Assembly (NCBI GenBank): GCA_964624165.1
Contig: CAZUWG010000002.1
Span: 10,410-74,409 of the forward strand
DNA from: an uncultured Candidatus Saccharibacteria bacterium
GTDB taxonomy: Bacteria > Patescibacteriota > Minisyncoccia > Phycocordibacterales > UBA918
Direction: 5' to 3'
DNA length: 64,000 nucleotides
The notes beneath the pieces were generated by a model. It ran no database searches. It was not told the DNA's origin and saw only the letters and a program-made list of their open reading frames with translations. The translations under genes were made by a program, and so were the position numbers. Shown piece after piece: positions 33,086-42,704 of this stretch. Within the stretch, counting starts at the first letter, position 1. Every line of letters begins with the position of its first letter.

Positions 33086-34897
33086 ATGTCAAAAAAATAC
33101 TTTAACTACACCTTAAAAAATGAACTCCCGACCCTTAAAAAAATTCACGATACCTGGGATCTAACGCGGTTGTACTACGCCAGTGAAAATGATCCTCAAT
33201 TTGAGCGCGATATAAAAATTACCGAGGCTGCATACACAGCTTTTGTTAAGAAATGGAGTAAAAAAGATTTTACTAAAGATGCCAAAACGCTGCTCAAGGC
33301 TTTGAAAGAAAATGAAGACCTGGCTGGCCTACCAGAGGCCTCCAAGCCGGGACGTTACTTGTGGCTACGTTTGGCAATCGATGTAAACGACAAAACTGCC
33401 GAGGAAACCTCCGCACGACTCAGTCGACGCCTGCGCAAGCTTGCTGATTCGATCCTGTTTTTCAACCTTCGTTTAGGAAAAATTGATAAAAAACAACAAC
33501 GAGCTTTTCTGAAAGATGAATCCCTAAAAGCTTATCATTACTATTTGTCTGATGTTTTTACAGCCGCCCGGCACAACCTGACTGAGGATCAAGAGAAAAT
33601 CATCAATCTTAAAAGCGCGCAGGCGTATGGCCGCTGGGTGGATATGACTGAAAAGCTTTTAAGTAACACTACTATCATCTGGAAAAAAAAGGAGGTAGCT
33701 CTTCCAGAAGCAATGGAAAGTATAGATGTTGTTCCGTTTAAGGAAAAAGAAAAGCTTTGGCAGCTCATTCGCGGCGAGCTCATTCGCCTTTCGTCTGTGG
33801 TTGAGCATGAGTTCAATGCCATCATCACAGATGTGCGTACCGAAGACGAGCTACGAGAGTACAAAAAACCTTATTCAGCCACAGCGCTTGCCTATGAGGA
33901 TACAGAAGAAAATATCGAACGACTTGTGTCTGTAGTTACTAAAAAAGGGTTTCCGCTAAGCAAAAAGTTCTATCGCCTCAAGGCTAGATTACATAAAAAA
34001 GAAGCCCTTTCTTATGCAGAACGAAATGCTTCATATGGAAAGATGGCCGACATTCCATTTTCTGAAGCTGTAGAAATCTGTCGAGAAGTTTTTTACGAAC
34101 TTAAACACGAATACGGCGTCATCTTTGACACCATGCTCAGTAATGGACAGATTGATGTCTTTCCACGAAAAGGTAAGCAGGGCGGCGCTTTTATGTCGGG
34201 ACAAGTAGGACAGCCGACGGCAGTCTTCCTCAATCACACTAGTACTTTTTCTTCACTTTTGACATTGGCTCACGAAATGGGGCACGCTATCCATACTGAA
34301 CGAAGTAAAGTACAATCCCCATTTTATCAAGGATATTCTACCGTCTGCGCCGAAACCGCTAGCACACTCTTTGAAAATATCGTATTCGATGCTGTCTTAG
34401 AGCAGGCGACTGATGCACAAAAAATTACTCTCCTGCACGACCGCAACTTGCGAGATATCAGCACTATAGAGCGGCAAGTAGCGTTTTTTAACACCGAGCT
34501 TGATATTCACAACACCATCGACAAGAAAGGTGCCATGAGCAAAGAAGAGCTGGCTGACACCATGAATCGCCACATGAAGTCTTATCTTGGAGATGGAATA
34601 GATTTAAAGCCAGAGGACGGATATTTAGTAGTCGCGGTGCCACATCTTCGATTTGGATTTTACGTCTACTCATATGCCTTTGGCCTGATGATGAGTACGG
34701 TGATGTCGAGCCGATACAAAGAAGATAAATCATATATTGAGCAGATTGATGCATTCCTCTCAAGCGGCAGCACGAACACTGTTGCTAAACTCTTTAGGCA
34801 GCATGCCGATATAGACATTACAGACCCGCAAGTGTATGAAAAAGCACTTCGTACACAGGCAGCCAATATCAAAGCTTTAGAAAAAATGCTTAAATAA
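33086..34897 (+). CDS. pepF: oligoendopeptidase F (M3B metallopeptidase)
   Basis: HEMGHAIH zinc motif (HExxH) in a ~600-aa M3-family architecture. Confidence 0.8.
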   Translation: MSKKYFNYTLKNELPTLKKIHDTWDLTRLYYASENDPQFERDIKITEAAYTAFVKKWSKKDFTKDAKTLLKALKENEDLAGLPEASKPGRYLWLRLAIDVNDKTAEETSARLSRRLRKLADSILFFNLRLGKIDKKQQRAFLKDESLKAYHYYLSDVFTAARHNLTEDQEKIINLKSAQAYGRWVDMTEKLLSNTTIIWKKKEVALPEAMESIDVVPFKEKEKLWQLIRGELIRLSSVVEHEFNAIITDVRTEDELREYKKPYSATALAYEDTEENIERLVSVVTKKGFPLSKKFYRLKARLHKKEALSYAERNASYGKMADIPFSEAVEICREVFYELKHEYGVIFDTMLSNGQIDVFPRKGKQGGAFMSGQVGQPTAVFLNHTSTFSSLLTLAHEMGHAIHTERSKVQSPFYQGYSTVCAETASTLFENIVFDAVLEQATDAQKITLLHDRNLRDISTIERQVAFFNTELDIHNTIDKKGAMSKEELADTMNRHMKSYLGDGIDLKPEDGYLVVAVPHLRFGFYVYSYAFGLMMSTVMSSRYKEDKSYIEQIDAFLSSGSTNTVAKLFRQHADIDITDPQVYEKALRTQAANIKALEKMLK

Positions 34898-34903
34898 AGC
34901 TAT

Positions 34904-35182
34904 ATGGATTTTTTCTTTATCGGAACTACAGTCGGGGTCGTCGGTGAGCTTTGCCTGGCGTATGCTGTGCTAAGTGCCCATTCAACCATCGAGCGACAGC
35001 ATTCTATAGACAAAGCTGTCCTGGTGAGCTTGCGAAGAGAAAAACTTGTGGCCCTTTTTGCGGTGTCATTGATTGTACTCGGGTATCTTTTTGAGGTGCA
35101 TTTCTTTGGCGGCTTTGATGCGTTTGTGGCTTGCGAAGAGGGCACTGGGTGTCTTTTGCTGAATAGTAACTCAGCAGTTTAG
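34904..35182 (+). CDS. hypothetical small membrane protein
   Basis: 92-aa ORF with two hydrophobic segments; weak support. Confidence 0.3.
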   Translation: MDFFFIGTTVGVVGELCLAYAVLSAHSTIERQHSIDKAVLVSLRREKLVALFAVSLIVLGYLFEVHFFGGFDAFVACEEGTGCLLLNSNSAV

Positions 35183-35214
35183 TAAGTAAGTGTTTTGTGG
35201 TAGAGTAGAAAAAT

Positions 35215-37158
35215 ATGATTTCGGGAAATGAAATTCGCGAGCAGTATCTTGCGTTTATGGAAAAGCGTGGACACGCGGTTATTCCAAGTGATCGCTTGGT
35301 GCCAGAAAACGACCCGACGACCCTTTTTACAGGGAGCGGTATGCAGCCACTGGTCCCCTACCTGCTTGGGCAAGCGCATCCAAAAGGGACTCGTCTGACG
35401 GATAGTCAAAAATGCTTTCGAGCAGAAGATATTGAAGAAGTGGGCGACAATCGCCACACAACATTTTTCGAGATGCTAGGCAATTGGTCGCTTGGTGACT
35501 ATTTTAAAGACGAGCAGTTGCCATGGATCTATGAATTTTTGATCGATGAAGTAGGACTCGACCCAGAACGTATTTACATCACCACGTTTATTGGCGACGA
35601 AGGAAATGGTGTACCTAAAGACACTCGTTCGGCAGAGCTTTGGCAAAAACTTTTTGCCCAGAAAAACGTCAGTCACGAGGTGGCTGAAATAGGCAGTGAA
35701 GCAGCAGGCGGGGAGCGAGGTATGAAGAAAGGGGAGCGTATTTTCTATTACGACGCCGCCAAAAATTGGTGGAGTCGCGCCGGCAAGCCAGAAAATATGC
35801 CTGCCGGTGAAATTGGCGGTCCTGACAGCGAAATTTTCTATGATTTTAAGACAGAGCACGACACTCGCTTTGGCAAACATTGTCATCCCAACTGTGACTG
35901 TGGGCGTTTTCTTGAAATAGGAAACAGCGTTTTTATTCAATACATTAAAAACGAGGACGGCACTTTTTCACAACTGCCAAAACAAAATGTTGACTTCGGC
36001 GGAGGGCTTGAGCGAGTTACAGCAGCAGCAAATGGCGACGGAGATATTTTTAAGATCGACCTTCTCGCGGGTGTGATACGACAAGTGCAAACTCTCTCCG
36101 GAAAAAGCTATCGTGATAATCAAGAAGCTTTTCGGATTATTGCTGACCATGTGCGCGGGGCGACGTTTATGATCGGTGACGGCATTTTGCCAGGAAATAG
36201 CGAGCAGGGGTATTTTGTACGCCGTCTTCTTCGTAGAGCAGTACGCTACGCAGACAAGCTGGGCGTGCCAAGCGGCGAGCTTAAACAGCTAGCAAAAGGG
36301 GTGATTGATACCTATAAAGCTCACTACACAACACTAGCCGAACAAGAAAAATTGATTAAGTCGACCATTGCAGGGGAAGAGGCTCAATTTCGCGCTACCC
36401 TCGAAAAAGGGTTAAAGCAGTTTAATAAAATATCGCTTCAAGTGCATCTTACGAGTAAAGAGGTGGACGGAAAGCGGGTCATTGATAAATCGGTGCCGCC
36501 AACTGCCGTAAAAGCTATTAGTGCGAAAAACGCTTTTGAACTTTTCACTACCTATGGTTTCCCAATAGAATTAACTGAGGAAATCGCAGCCGAGAAGGGA
36601 ATGATCGTTGATAAAAAAGGTTTTACTCAGCTGATGGATGCACACCGCGAACAATCGAGAGCTGGGGCAGAACAAAAATTTAAAGGTGGTCTAGCTGATC
36701 ATTCAGAAAAAGTGGTCGAATACCATACCACAACACACCTTATGCTTGCGGCTTTGCGTCATTTCCTTGGCGATCATATCCATCAGGCGGGGAGTAATAT
36801 TACCGGTGAAAGATTGCGCTTTGATTTTACTCATGGTGAAAAAATCGAGCGTCCTGTACTCGATCAAGTTGAAGAGTGGGTAAATAACGCACTTAAAACA
36901 GGCGGTACTGTTTCTATGAGTACCATGAAGAAAGCCGACGCCGAATCCGACCCAACAATTGAAGGCAGCTTCTGGGATCGTTATCCTGATGAGGTGAAGG
37001 TGTATACCATTGCCGGCAATGACGGCAGTGTTTTCTCGCGCGAGCTCTGCGGGGGACCACATGTAGAAACACTTGAAGCTATTAAAGGCACTTTCCGGAT
37101 CAAGAAAGAGGAGTCTTCATCAGCTGGAGTACGACGCATCAAAGCGGTGCTTGAATAG
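35215..37158 (+). CDS. alaS: alanyl-tRNA synthetase, short form lacking the C-Ala domain
   Basis: AlaRS N-terminal catalytic motifs (FLAFMEKRGHAVIPSDRLVPENDPTTLFTGSGMQP) and the editing-domain HxxxH and CxxxH motifs (TTHLMLAALRHFLGDHIH...CGGPHV). It ends right after the editing domain, at 647 aa. Confidence 0.85.
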   Translation: MISGNEIREQYLAFMEKRGHAVIPSDRLVPENDPTTLFTGSGMQPLVPYLLGQAHPKGTRLTDSQKCFRAEDIEEVGDNRHTTFFEMLGNWSLGDYFKDEQLPWIYEFLIDEVGLDPERIYITTFIGDEGNGVPKDTRSAELWQKLFAQKNVSHEVAEIGSEAAGGERGMKKGERIFYYDAAKNWWSRAGKPENMPAGEIGGPDSEIFYDFKTEHDTRFGKHCHPNCDCGRFLEIGNSVFIQYIKNEDGTFSQLPKQNVDFGGGLERVTAAANGDGDIFKIDLLAGVIRQVQTLSGKSYRDNQEAFRIIADHVRGATFMIGDGILPGNSEQGYFVRRLLRRAVRYADKLGVPSGELKQLAKGVIDTYKAHYTTLAEQEKLIKSTIAGEEAQFRATLEKGLKQFNKISLQVHLTSKEVDGKRVIDKSVPPTAVKAISAKNAFELFTTYGFPIELTEEIAAEKGMIVDKKGFTQLMDAHREQSRAGAEQKFKGGLADHSEKVVEYHTTTHLMLAALRHFLGDHIHQAGSNITGERLRFDFTHGEKIERPVLDQVEEWVNNALKTGGTVSMSTMKKADAESDPTIEGSFWDRYPDEVKVYTIAGNDGSVFSRELCGGPHVETLEAIKGTFRIKKEESSSAGVRRIKAVLE

Positions 37159-37199
37159 TCTCTCTTACGCAATCCCCCGACACTTCGTTTGATTGCGAT

Positions 37200-38369
37200 G
37201 TGTTTTGTTATACTGTAGGAGTGTTTGCAGCCAAAAATGAATTCCGTTTGTTTATCGACATTAGCTCCTCGAGCGCAACTTTTGCGTTGGTAGAAATTAG
37301 CGCTGATGACTACACGACCCTCTGGCATCATCGTGAAAGATTTGTCGTGATTGAAGATACTTCTGACGTAGCGTACTTTAAGAAAATTATTTCTACGCTC
37401 GTCCTGTCTTTCAAAAAACTTGAAGCGGAAGGGTTTAGTAAAATGCCTTCTGGTAAAGGGAAAGCTGTAAAGGCTCTACACGTAAGCATCGGCGCCCCGT
37501 GGTCATATACAATCGTACGTAAAAATACCCTCAAACGTGAGGAGCCCTTTATTGTGTCTGAAAAACTGCTACGAAAATTTGAAAAAGAGACCGATCAGCG
37601 AGTGCTTGAAGATCTTAAAAACGGCGTCTTTGAGCTTGGTGCAGGACTAGAACTTAAAAACGCCGAGACAGTAGCCTCCTCTATAAACGGATATCCGGTC
37701 AAAGACATCCTTGATAAAGAGGCTCGGTCGATTGAGTTGGTGCGTCTGATTGGTTTGTATGATAAACAAATTCTCATCCAGCTAGAAGAATTGGCCGAAA
37801 AGTACGTGCCGAGTGCCGAAATACACACCGAGACCAATATGCAGGTGCTCTATGAGTTTATTGCCGGCACTCTCTTCCTAAACCAACTGACTGTTTTTGA
37901 TGTTTCAGGCGAAGTGATCGAGACAGCAGTGATTGAAGATGGTCTTCTTCATAATGTGAGCTACATCATTAGCGGCCTACACGCCCTAGTGCGAGACATC
38001 ACCAGTAAGACAAAAAAAGACAGCGAGCATATCCTCGCCGCACTTAAAGGTGGTCTTGAAGGCGTTTGTACACAGTTTCCAGAGCATCGAAAGGTCATCG
38101 AGTCTGTTTTTGATGCACATGTAGAAATAATGACAGCCACCCTCAGAAAGATTTTGGCTGAGGTGCAGCATCCCGAGCATTTATTTATTCGAGCCACGCC
38201 AGGATACGAGTCACTTTTTACGGCCATGATTGAAAAAGCACTCGATGGACTAGACGATAAAGACTACGCACTTCACGTCTTTTCACCAAAATTACTCAAT
38301 AAAGCAAACGTCACAGAAGCAAAAACCAACGTGGCTGCCTTTGTTTTCCACAATTACAAAAAGAAATAA
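37200..38369 (+). CDS. hypothetical ASKHA (actin-like ATPase fold) protein with degenerate phosphate-binding motifs
   Basis: LFIDISSSSATFALVEIS resembles the phosphate-1 motif of FtsA/PilM/Ppx (DIGxxxxKxxV) with Gly replaced by Ser. VFDVSGEVIETAVIEDG resembles the phosphate-2 motif. Confidence 0.35.
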   Translation: MFCYTVGVFAAKNEFRLFIDISSSSATFALVEISADDYTTLWHHRERFVVIEDTSDVAYFKKIISTLVLSFKKLEAEGFSKMPSGKGKAVKALHVSIGAPWSYTIVRKNTLKREEPFIVSEKLLRKFEKETDQRVLEDLKNGVFELGAGLELKNAETVASSINGYPVKDILDKEARSIELVRLIGLYDKQILIQLEELAEKYVPSAEIHTETNMQVLYEFIAGTLFLNQLTVFDVSGEVIETAVIEDGLLHNVSYIISGLHALVRDITSKTKKDSEHILAALKGGLEGVCTQFPEHRKVIESVFDAHVEIMTATLRKILAEVQHPEHLFIRATPGYESLFTAMIEKALDGLDDKDYALHVFSPKLLNKANVTEAKTNVAAFVFHNYKKK

Positions 38370-38408
38370 TTTCTGCTAACGCATAAAAAAGGCTATACTA
38401 CTATTTAT

Positions 38409-39770
38409 ATGGATAAAAAATGGAACCTACAAGACATTAAAACAGTGGGCAATAAAACGCGTCCCACAACACCCCCTTTGACTACACCAGCTCCCAGCGC
38501 AACAAATACAGCAGAAGAACACCCACAAGGCGCAAACGACATGCGTACACGACCTGATACGGCAGCTTCAGTACAAACTGAGCAATCACGTCCAAACTCA
38601 CGACCAACCTTCGCCCAAAAGAAACGCCGCCTTCCTTGGAAGTGGGCAGTGGTCGGGTTGGCGCTACTTTTGGTAATCGTATTTGTGGCAGGGCAGTTTA
38701 CCTCTAAAACAGACCTCATGGTAGAACCCCGAACCGAAACCCCCAACCTAAATAGCGATTTTGTCGCTTTCACCAATCCTCAAAGCGGACAGCTCGGTTA
38801 TGAACTCCTAACCATTGAAGCGGAAGGTGAGCGACAGGTCACTTCTTCTGGCGAAACTGAGGAAGTATCGCTTAAAGCTGAAGGAGTGATAACTATCAAC
38901 AAAACTACTGCCGGCACGCAGACTCTGGTCGCCACAACTCGATTTGAAGATCCAAACGGTGCCATCTTTCGTATTACTGAAGGAGTGACGGTGCCCGGCG
39001 GTACGAGCGAAGCGCCAGGGAGTGTAACTGTCTCTGTGCGAGCTGACACGGCCGGAGTAGCCGGGAATGTCCCAGCGGGTACTCGATTCACTGTACCAGG
39101 CTTAGAAAGCGACGCAGCCCTCTTTAAGGCTATATTTGCCACCAATGCTGAACCTTTCAAAGGAGGTTTTGAAGGTGTACGTGTTGTAGTTAATGAAGAA
39201 GAGCTCGCGACTGCACAAACTAGTATCCGCAGCGAACTAGAAACAGCTTTGAAAGACCGACTTCCGTCAGAGCAGCCGGCGGATTTTGTCTCATTTAACG
39301 GCGCGGAAAAGTTTGCGTATGAATCCTTACCAGCTACAGAAAGTGCCGCGGGAGCAGCCACTGTAAAAGAAAAAGTGAAGCTTGAAATCCCCATCTTCAA
39401 AAAAGACACCTTTGCTAGCTTCCTAGCCAGCTCACTTGTCCCAGGCTATGAGGGTGGTCCGGTGCGCGTCCAAGACTACAGTGCTATCAGCTTTGCCTAC
39501 ACCGCTTCCACAAGCGAGGCCTCAATCCTTAGTGATAAAGACAGTATTTCTTTCTCTCTGACCGGTCGTCCGCTCTTAGTGTGGGAGTATGACGAAACCA
39601 CCTTAAAGACAGACCTACTTGGAGCCTCACAAAATTCACTCACCAATATCCTAGGCGCCTACCCTGCGATTGAAGGTGCGCGTGCTACATTTGCTCCATT
39701 TTGGAAGAAATCATTCCCCGATAGCGCCGCCAAAATCTCTATCACTGAAGTGTTTGAGCTCCCTGAGTAG
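38409..39770 (+). CDS. hypothetical secreted/membrane-anchored protein with Pro/Thr-rich N-terminal region
   Basis: 453-aa ORF: a cytoplasmic P/T-rich segment, a TM (WAVVGLALLLVIVFVAG), then a large extracytoplasmic domain. Preferred over the 203-aa antisense ORF on the minus strand. Confidence 0.5.
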   Translation: MDKKWNLQDIKTVGNKTRPTTPPLTTPAPSATNTAEEHPQGANDMRTRPDTAASVQTEQSRPNSRPTFAQKKRRLPWKWAVVGLALLLVIVFVAGQFTSKTDLMVEPRTETPNLNSDFVAFTNPQSGQLGYELLTIEAEGERQVTSSGETEEVSLKAEGVITINKTTAGTQTLVATTRFEDPNGAIFRITEGVTVPGGTSEAPGSVTVSVRADTAGVAGNVPAGTRFTVPGLESDAALFKAIFATNAEPFKGGFEGVRVVVNEEELATAQTSIRSELETALKDRLPSEQPADFVSFNGAEKFAYESLPATESAAGAATVKEKVKLEIPIFKKDTFASFLASSLVPGYEGGPVRVQDYSAISFAYTASTSEASILSDKDSISFSLTGRPLLVWEYDETTLKTDLLGASQNSLTNILGAYPAIEGARATFAPFWKKSFPDSAAKISITEVFELPE

Positions 39771-39828
39771 AGTTGTACACAATTTTATTTGACGTTTACT
39801 CATTTATTTGCTAAACTCTTGCCGTTTG

Positions 39829-40050
39829 ATGTCAGAACAGAAGTCAGAAGAAGGAATAGTATTTGGAGTCGTGGAAGAGGCGTTGCCTAACACGCTCTTT
39901 CGTGTTATTTTAGACGACACTGGTGAGGAAATGCTTGCGTATTTGGCTGGCAAAATGCGCCGTTTCCGCATCCGCGTTCTGGTCGGAGATAAAGTGGAGA
40001 TCAAAACCGACCCGTATGGCGGTAAAGGAAGAATTACAAAAAGACTCTAG
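39829..40050 (+). CDS. infA: translation initiation factor IF-1
   Basis: S1-like IF-1 sequence (EGIVFGVVEEALPNTLFRVILDDTGEEMLAYLAGKMRRFRIRVLVGDKVEIKTDPYGGKGRITKR). ATG at 39829 preferred over the upstream TTG. Confidence 0.85.
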   Translation: MSEQKSEEGIVFGVVEEALPNTLFRVILDDTGEEMLAYLAGKMRRFRIRVLVGDKVEIKTDPYGGKGRITKRL

Positions 40051-40059
40051 GTAGTTTGT

Positions 40060-40176
40060 ATGAAAGTTAAATCATCAATCAAGAAGCGAAGCGCTGACGA
40101 CATTATTGTTCGTCGTCGTGGTCGTGTCTACGTTATTAATAAGAAAAAACCTCGTCACAAGCAGCGACAGGGGTAA
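40060..40176 (+). CDS. rpmJ: 50S ribosomal protein L36, zinc-less (C-minus) form
   Basis: [38 protein letters not shown]: canonical L36 frame and HKQRQG end, but the three Zn-ribbon Cys are replaced. Not in the ORF track because it is under 60 aa. Confidence 0.8.
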   Translation: MKVKSSIKKRSADDIIVRRRGRVYVINKKKPRHKQRQG

Positions 40177-40188
40177 TGTACAGTCAGT

Positions 40189-40566
40189 ATGCGTATTTTA
40201 GGTATCACTATTCCAGATGAGAAGCAGCTCGGATACGGCCTCACGGCAGTGTACGGTGTTGGGCGCCCACGGGCACTTGAACTTCTTGCTGAACTAAAAA
40301 TCGAGGACACTCGTAAGCCAGGCGATCTTTCTGTAGAGGAGGAAAATGCTATTCGTGAAAAACTAGAGTCTTTCACACTTGAAGGAGAGCTAAAGCGCCA
40401 GGTTTCTGGTGATATCAAGCGCCTTAAAGACATCGGTTCATACCGAGGTAGTCGCCACGCCAAGCGACTTCCGGCCCGCGGACAGCGCACCAAGACAAAT
40501 GCTCGCACACTCAAGGGTGTGAAGAAAACAATGGGCAGCGGGCGTCGTAAGCTTGAAAAGACTTAA
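40189..40566 (+). CDS. rpsM: 30S ribosomal protein S13
   Basis: MRILGITIPDEKQ...YRGSRHAKRLPARGQRTKTNART. Confidence 0.9.
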   Translation: MRILGITIPDEKQLGYGLTAVYGVGRPRALELLAELKIEDTRKPGDLSVEEENAIREKLESFTLEGELKRQVSGDIKRLKDIGSYRGSRHAKRLPARGQRTKTNARTLKGVKKTMGSGRRKLEKT

Positions 40567-40604
40567 ACTCAAGCGTGTATTTATTATCAATCTGTTAACG
40601 ATCT

Positions 40605-41036
40605 ATGGGTAAGAAACGAATTATCAAAAAAGGTGGTGGCTCTGATGTAGCGGGGACTTCCCGCGCACTCGCTCGCATTCCTAAGAAAAAGGTTGCGTCT
40701 GGCGTTTTGAATATCGCTGCCACGTTCAATAATACGCTTGTCACACTAAGCGATAGCAAAGGCAACAGCCTGATTGCCGCTTCTTCTGGTGCGCTTGGTT
40801 TCAAGGGTGCACGAAAGAGTACGCCATTTGCAGCTGCCAAGGTGGGTGAGATTCTTGGAGAGAAAGCTCAACAGATGGGTATGAAAGATGTGGCGGTGGT
40901 GATCAAGGGGGTGGGCGCTGGACGTGAGTCTGCACTTCGTGGTTTTGCTGGAAAAGGCATCACTGTGACCACCATTACCGACATGACCCCCGTCCCACAC
41001 AACGGTACTCGCCCTAAGAAAGCACGTCGCGTGTAA
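40605..41036 (+). CDS. rpsK: 30S ribosomal protein S11
   Basis: VLNIAATFNNTLVTLSD..GN.L...SSGALGFKGARKSTPFAA... Confidence 0.9.
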   Translation: MGKKRIIKKGGGSDVAGTSRALARIPKKKVASGVLNIAATFNNTLVTLSDSKGNSLIAASSGALGFKGARKSTPFAAAKVGEILGEKAQQMGMKDVAVVIKGVGAGRESALRGFAGKGITVTTITDMTPVPHNGTRPKKARRV

Positions 41037-41060
41037 TCTTTAGTAGTAATTTTATTTAGT

Positions 41061-41669
41061 ATGAAAATTGGTCCAAAATTCAAAATTGCCAAGCGCCTCG
41101 GAGCTCCTATTTTCGAGAAAACGCAAACCCAAAAGTTTGCTCTTTCTGAAGCGCGTGGTGGTCGCATGAAAAAGCGTCGTCCGGGTGCAATGAGCGACTA
41201 CAAACGTCAGCTCATTGAAAAGCAAAAAATGCGTTTTACATATGGCATTTCTGAAAAACAACTTCGTCGTTACGTCACCGAGGCGATGAGTAAGAGTCAT
41301 CAGCCGATCGCACTCTTATTTGCGCGTCTGGAAAATCGTCTTGACAACGTAGTGTATCGTGCCGGTCTCGCAAAGACACGCCAAATGGCTCGCCAGATGG
41401 TAGCTCATGGCCACATCACCGTGAATGGTCGTAAACTTACGATTCCTTCGCACAAGATGAAAGTTAATGATGAGTTTTCTGTCCGTGAGGGCAGCAAAAA
41501 AGCGGTTCTCTTTCTCAACTTTGCAGAAACACATGAAGCAGCTGGCGTCCCTTCTTGGATGACATTTGATGCTAAGAAACTTACCGGCACTGTTACCGGC
41601 GTTCCTACCTACGAACCTTCTCAGACTTTGTTCGACCCAGAGCAAGTACTTGAGTACTACAGCCGATAG
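41061..41669 (+). CDS. rpsD: 30S ribosomal protein S4
   Basis: S4 N-terminus and S4 RNA-binding domain (LENRLDNVVYRAGLAKTRQMARQMVAHGHITVNGRKLTIPS). Confidence 0.9.
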   Translation: MKIGPKFKIAKRLGAPIFEKTQTQKFALSEARGGRMKKRRPGAMSDYKRQLIEKQKMRFTYGISEKQLRRYVTEAMSKSHQPIALLFARLENRLDNVVYRAGLAKTRQMARQMVAHGHITVNGRKLTIPSHKMKVNDEFSVREGSKKAVLFLNFAETHEAAGVPSWMTFDAKKLTGTVTGVPTYEPSQTLFDPEQVLEYYSR

Positions 41670-41725
41670 TCCGTCATGAGCGTGCGTTCGCTCACTATTA
41701 CACACACTAAACTTAGATATACACT

Positions 41726-42682
41726 ATGTTAGAAACAAATGTCGCACTCCCAAGCAAGCCACGAATTGTAAGTGAAAAGGAATTTCACGGTATCTATGAA
41801 ATAGACGGACTTTTCCCAGGATACGGACACACACTCGGCAACTCGCTTCGCCGCATCGTACTATCTTCTCTTCCTGGAGCAGCCATTACGCATGTTAAGA
41901 TTGAAGGAGCAAAACATGAATTTGATACACTAAATGGTATTAAAGAAGATGTTGTGACGATCATCCTCAACCTCAAGCGAGTTCGTCTCTCACTCCATTC
42001 TGATGAACCAGTAAAGATTTCACTTAAGAAAAATACCCCAGGTGTAGTGACTGCAGGCGACCTAGTGGTACCTTCACAGATAGAAATCCTTAATCCAGAG
42101 CAGCACATTGCAGAGATCACCGACAAAAAAGGTGTCCTTGAAATGGAGATTACTGTGGAGCGCGGTCTTGGCTATGTTGCGCGTGAAGTTCATGCCAAGG
42201 AGAAAGTAGAGATTGGCACTATTGCACTTGATGCAGTATTTACCCCAATTCGTCGTGCTAACTACGAAGTAGAAAATATGCGCGTCGGAGATCGTACCGA
42301 CTACAACCGACTTCGTATGGTCATCGAAACAGACGGCACACTGACGCCACGCGAGGCCTTGGAGCAATCTATCGAGATTATGATCCACCAACTTAAATCA
42401 GTGATTGGTTTCCAAGATCAATCTCATAAAGAGGACGCTCCAGAAGAAGCGGTAGCAGATACTACCGACAACGCTGATCCGGAAGTTCTAAAGACACGTA
42501 TCGAAACTCTTGAACTTTCTTCGCGTACTCTTACCGCACTAGAAGAAGCAAGCATCCGCACTATAGGCGGGCTTGTGCGAAAGAAAAAAGATGATATTCT
42601 AGCGCTTGACGGAATCGGCCCTAAGGGTGTCGAAGAGATTGAGGAAATGCTTAAAGGCATGCACCTCGGATTTAATGAGTAA
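41726..42682 (+). CDS. rpoA: DNA-directed RNA polymerase subunit alpha
   Basis: 318 aa; N-terminal dimerisation domain (GYGHTLGNSLRRIVLSSLPGAAIT) and C-terminal alpha-CTD (LELSSRTLTALEEASIRTIGGLV). Confidence 0.9.
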   Translation: MLETNVALPSKPRIVSEKEFHGIYEIDGLFPGYGHTLGNSLRRIVLSSLPGAAITHVKIEGAKHEFDTLNGIKEDVVTIILNLKRVRLSLHSDEPVKISLKKNTPGVVTAGDLVVPSQIEILNPEQHIAEITDKKGVLEMEITVERGLGYVAREVHAKEKVEIGTIALDAVFTPIRRANYEVENMRVGDRTDYNRLRMVIETDGTLTPREALEQSIEIMIHQLKSVIGFQDQSHKEDAPEEAVADTTDNADPEVLKTRIETLELSSRTLTALEEASIRTIGGLVRKKKDDILALDGIGPKGVEEIEEMLKGMHLGFNE

Positions 42683-42704
42683 TTAATAAGAAAATAGCAA
42701 GCTT

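Noticed and set aside
38798-39409. 203-aa minus-strand ORF inside the 38409-39770 gene
   Set aside because: Ala/Ser/Thr/Val-rich shadow ORF antisense to a longer ORF that has a coherent signal/TM plus extracytoplasmic-domain organisation. There is no start context or motif.
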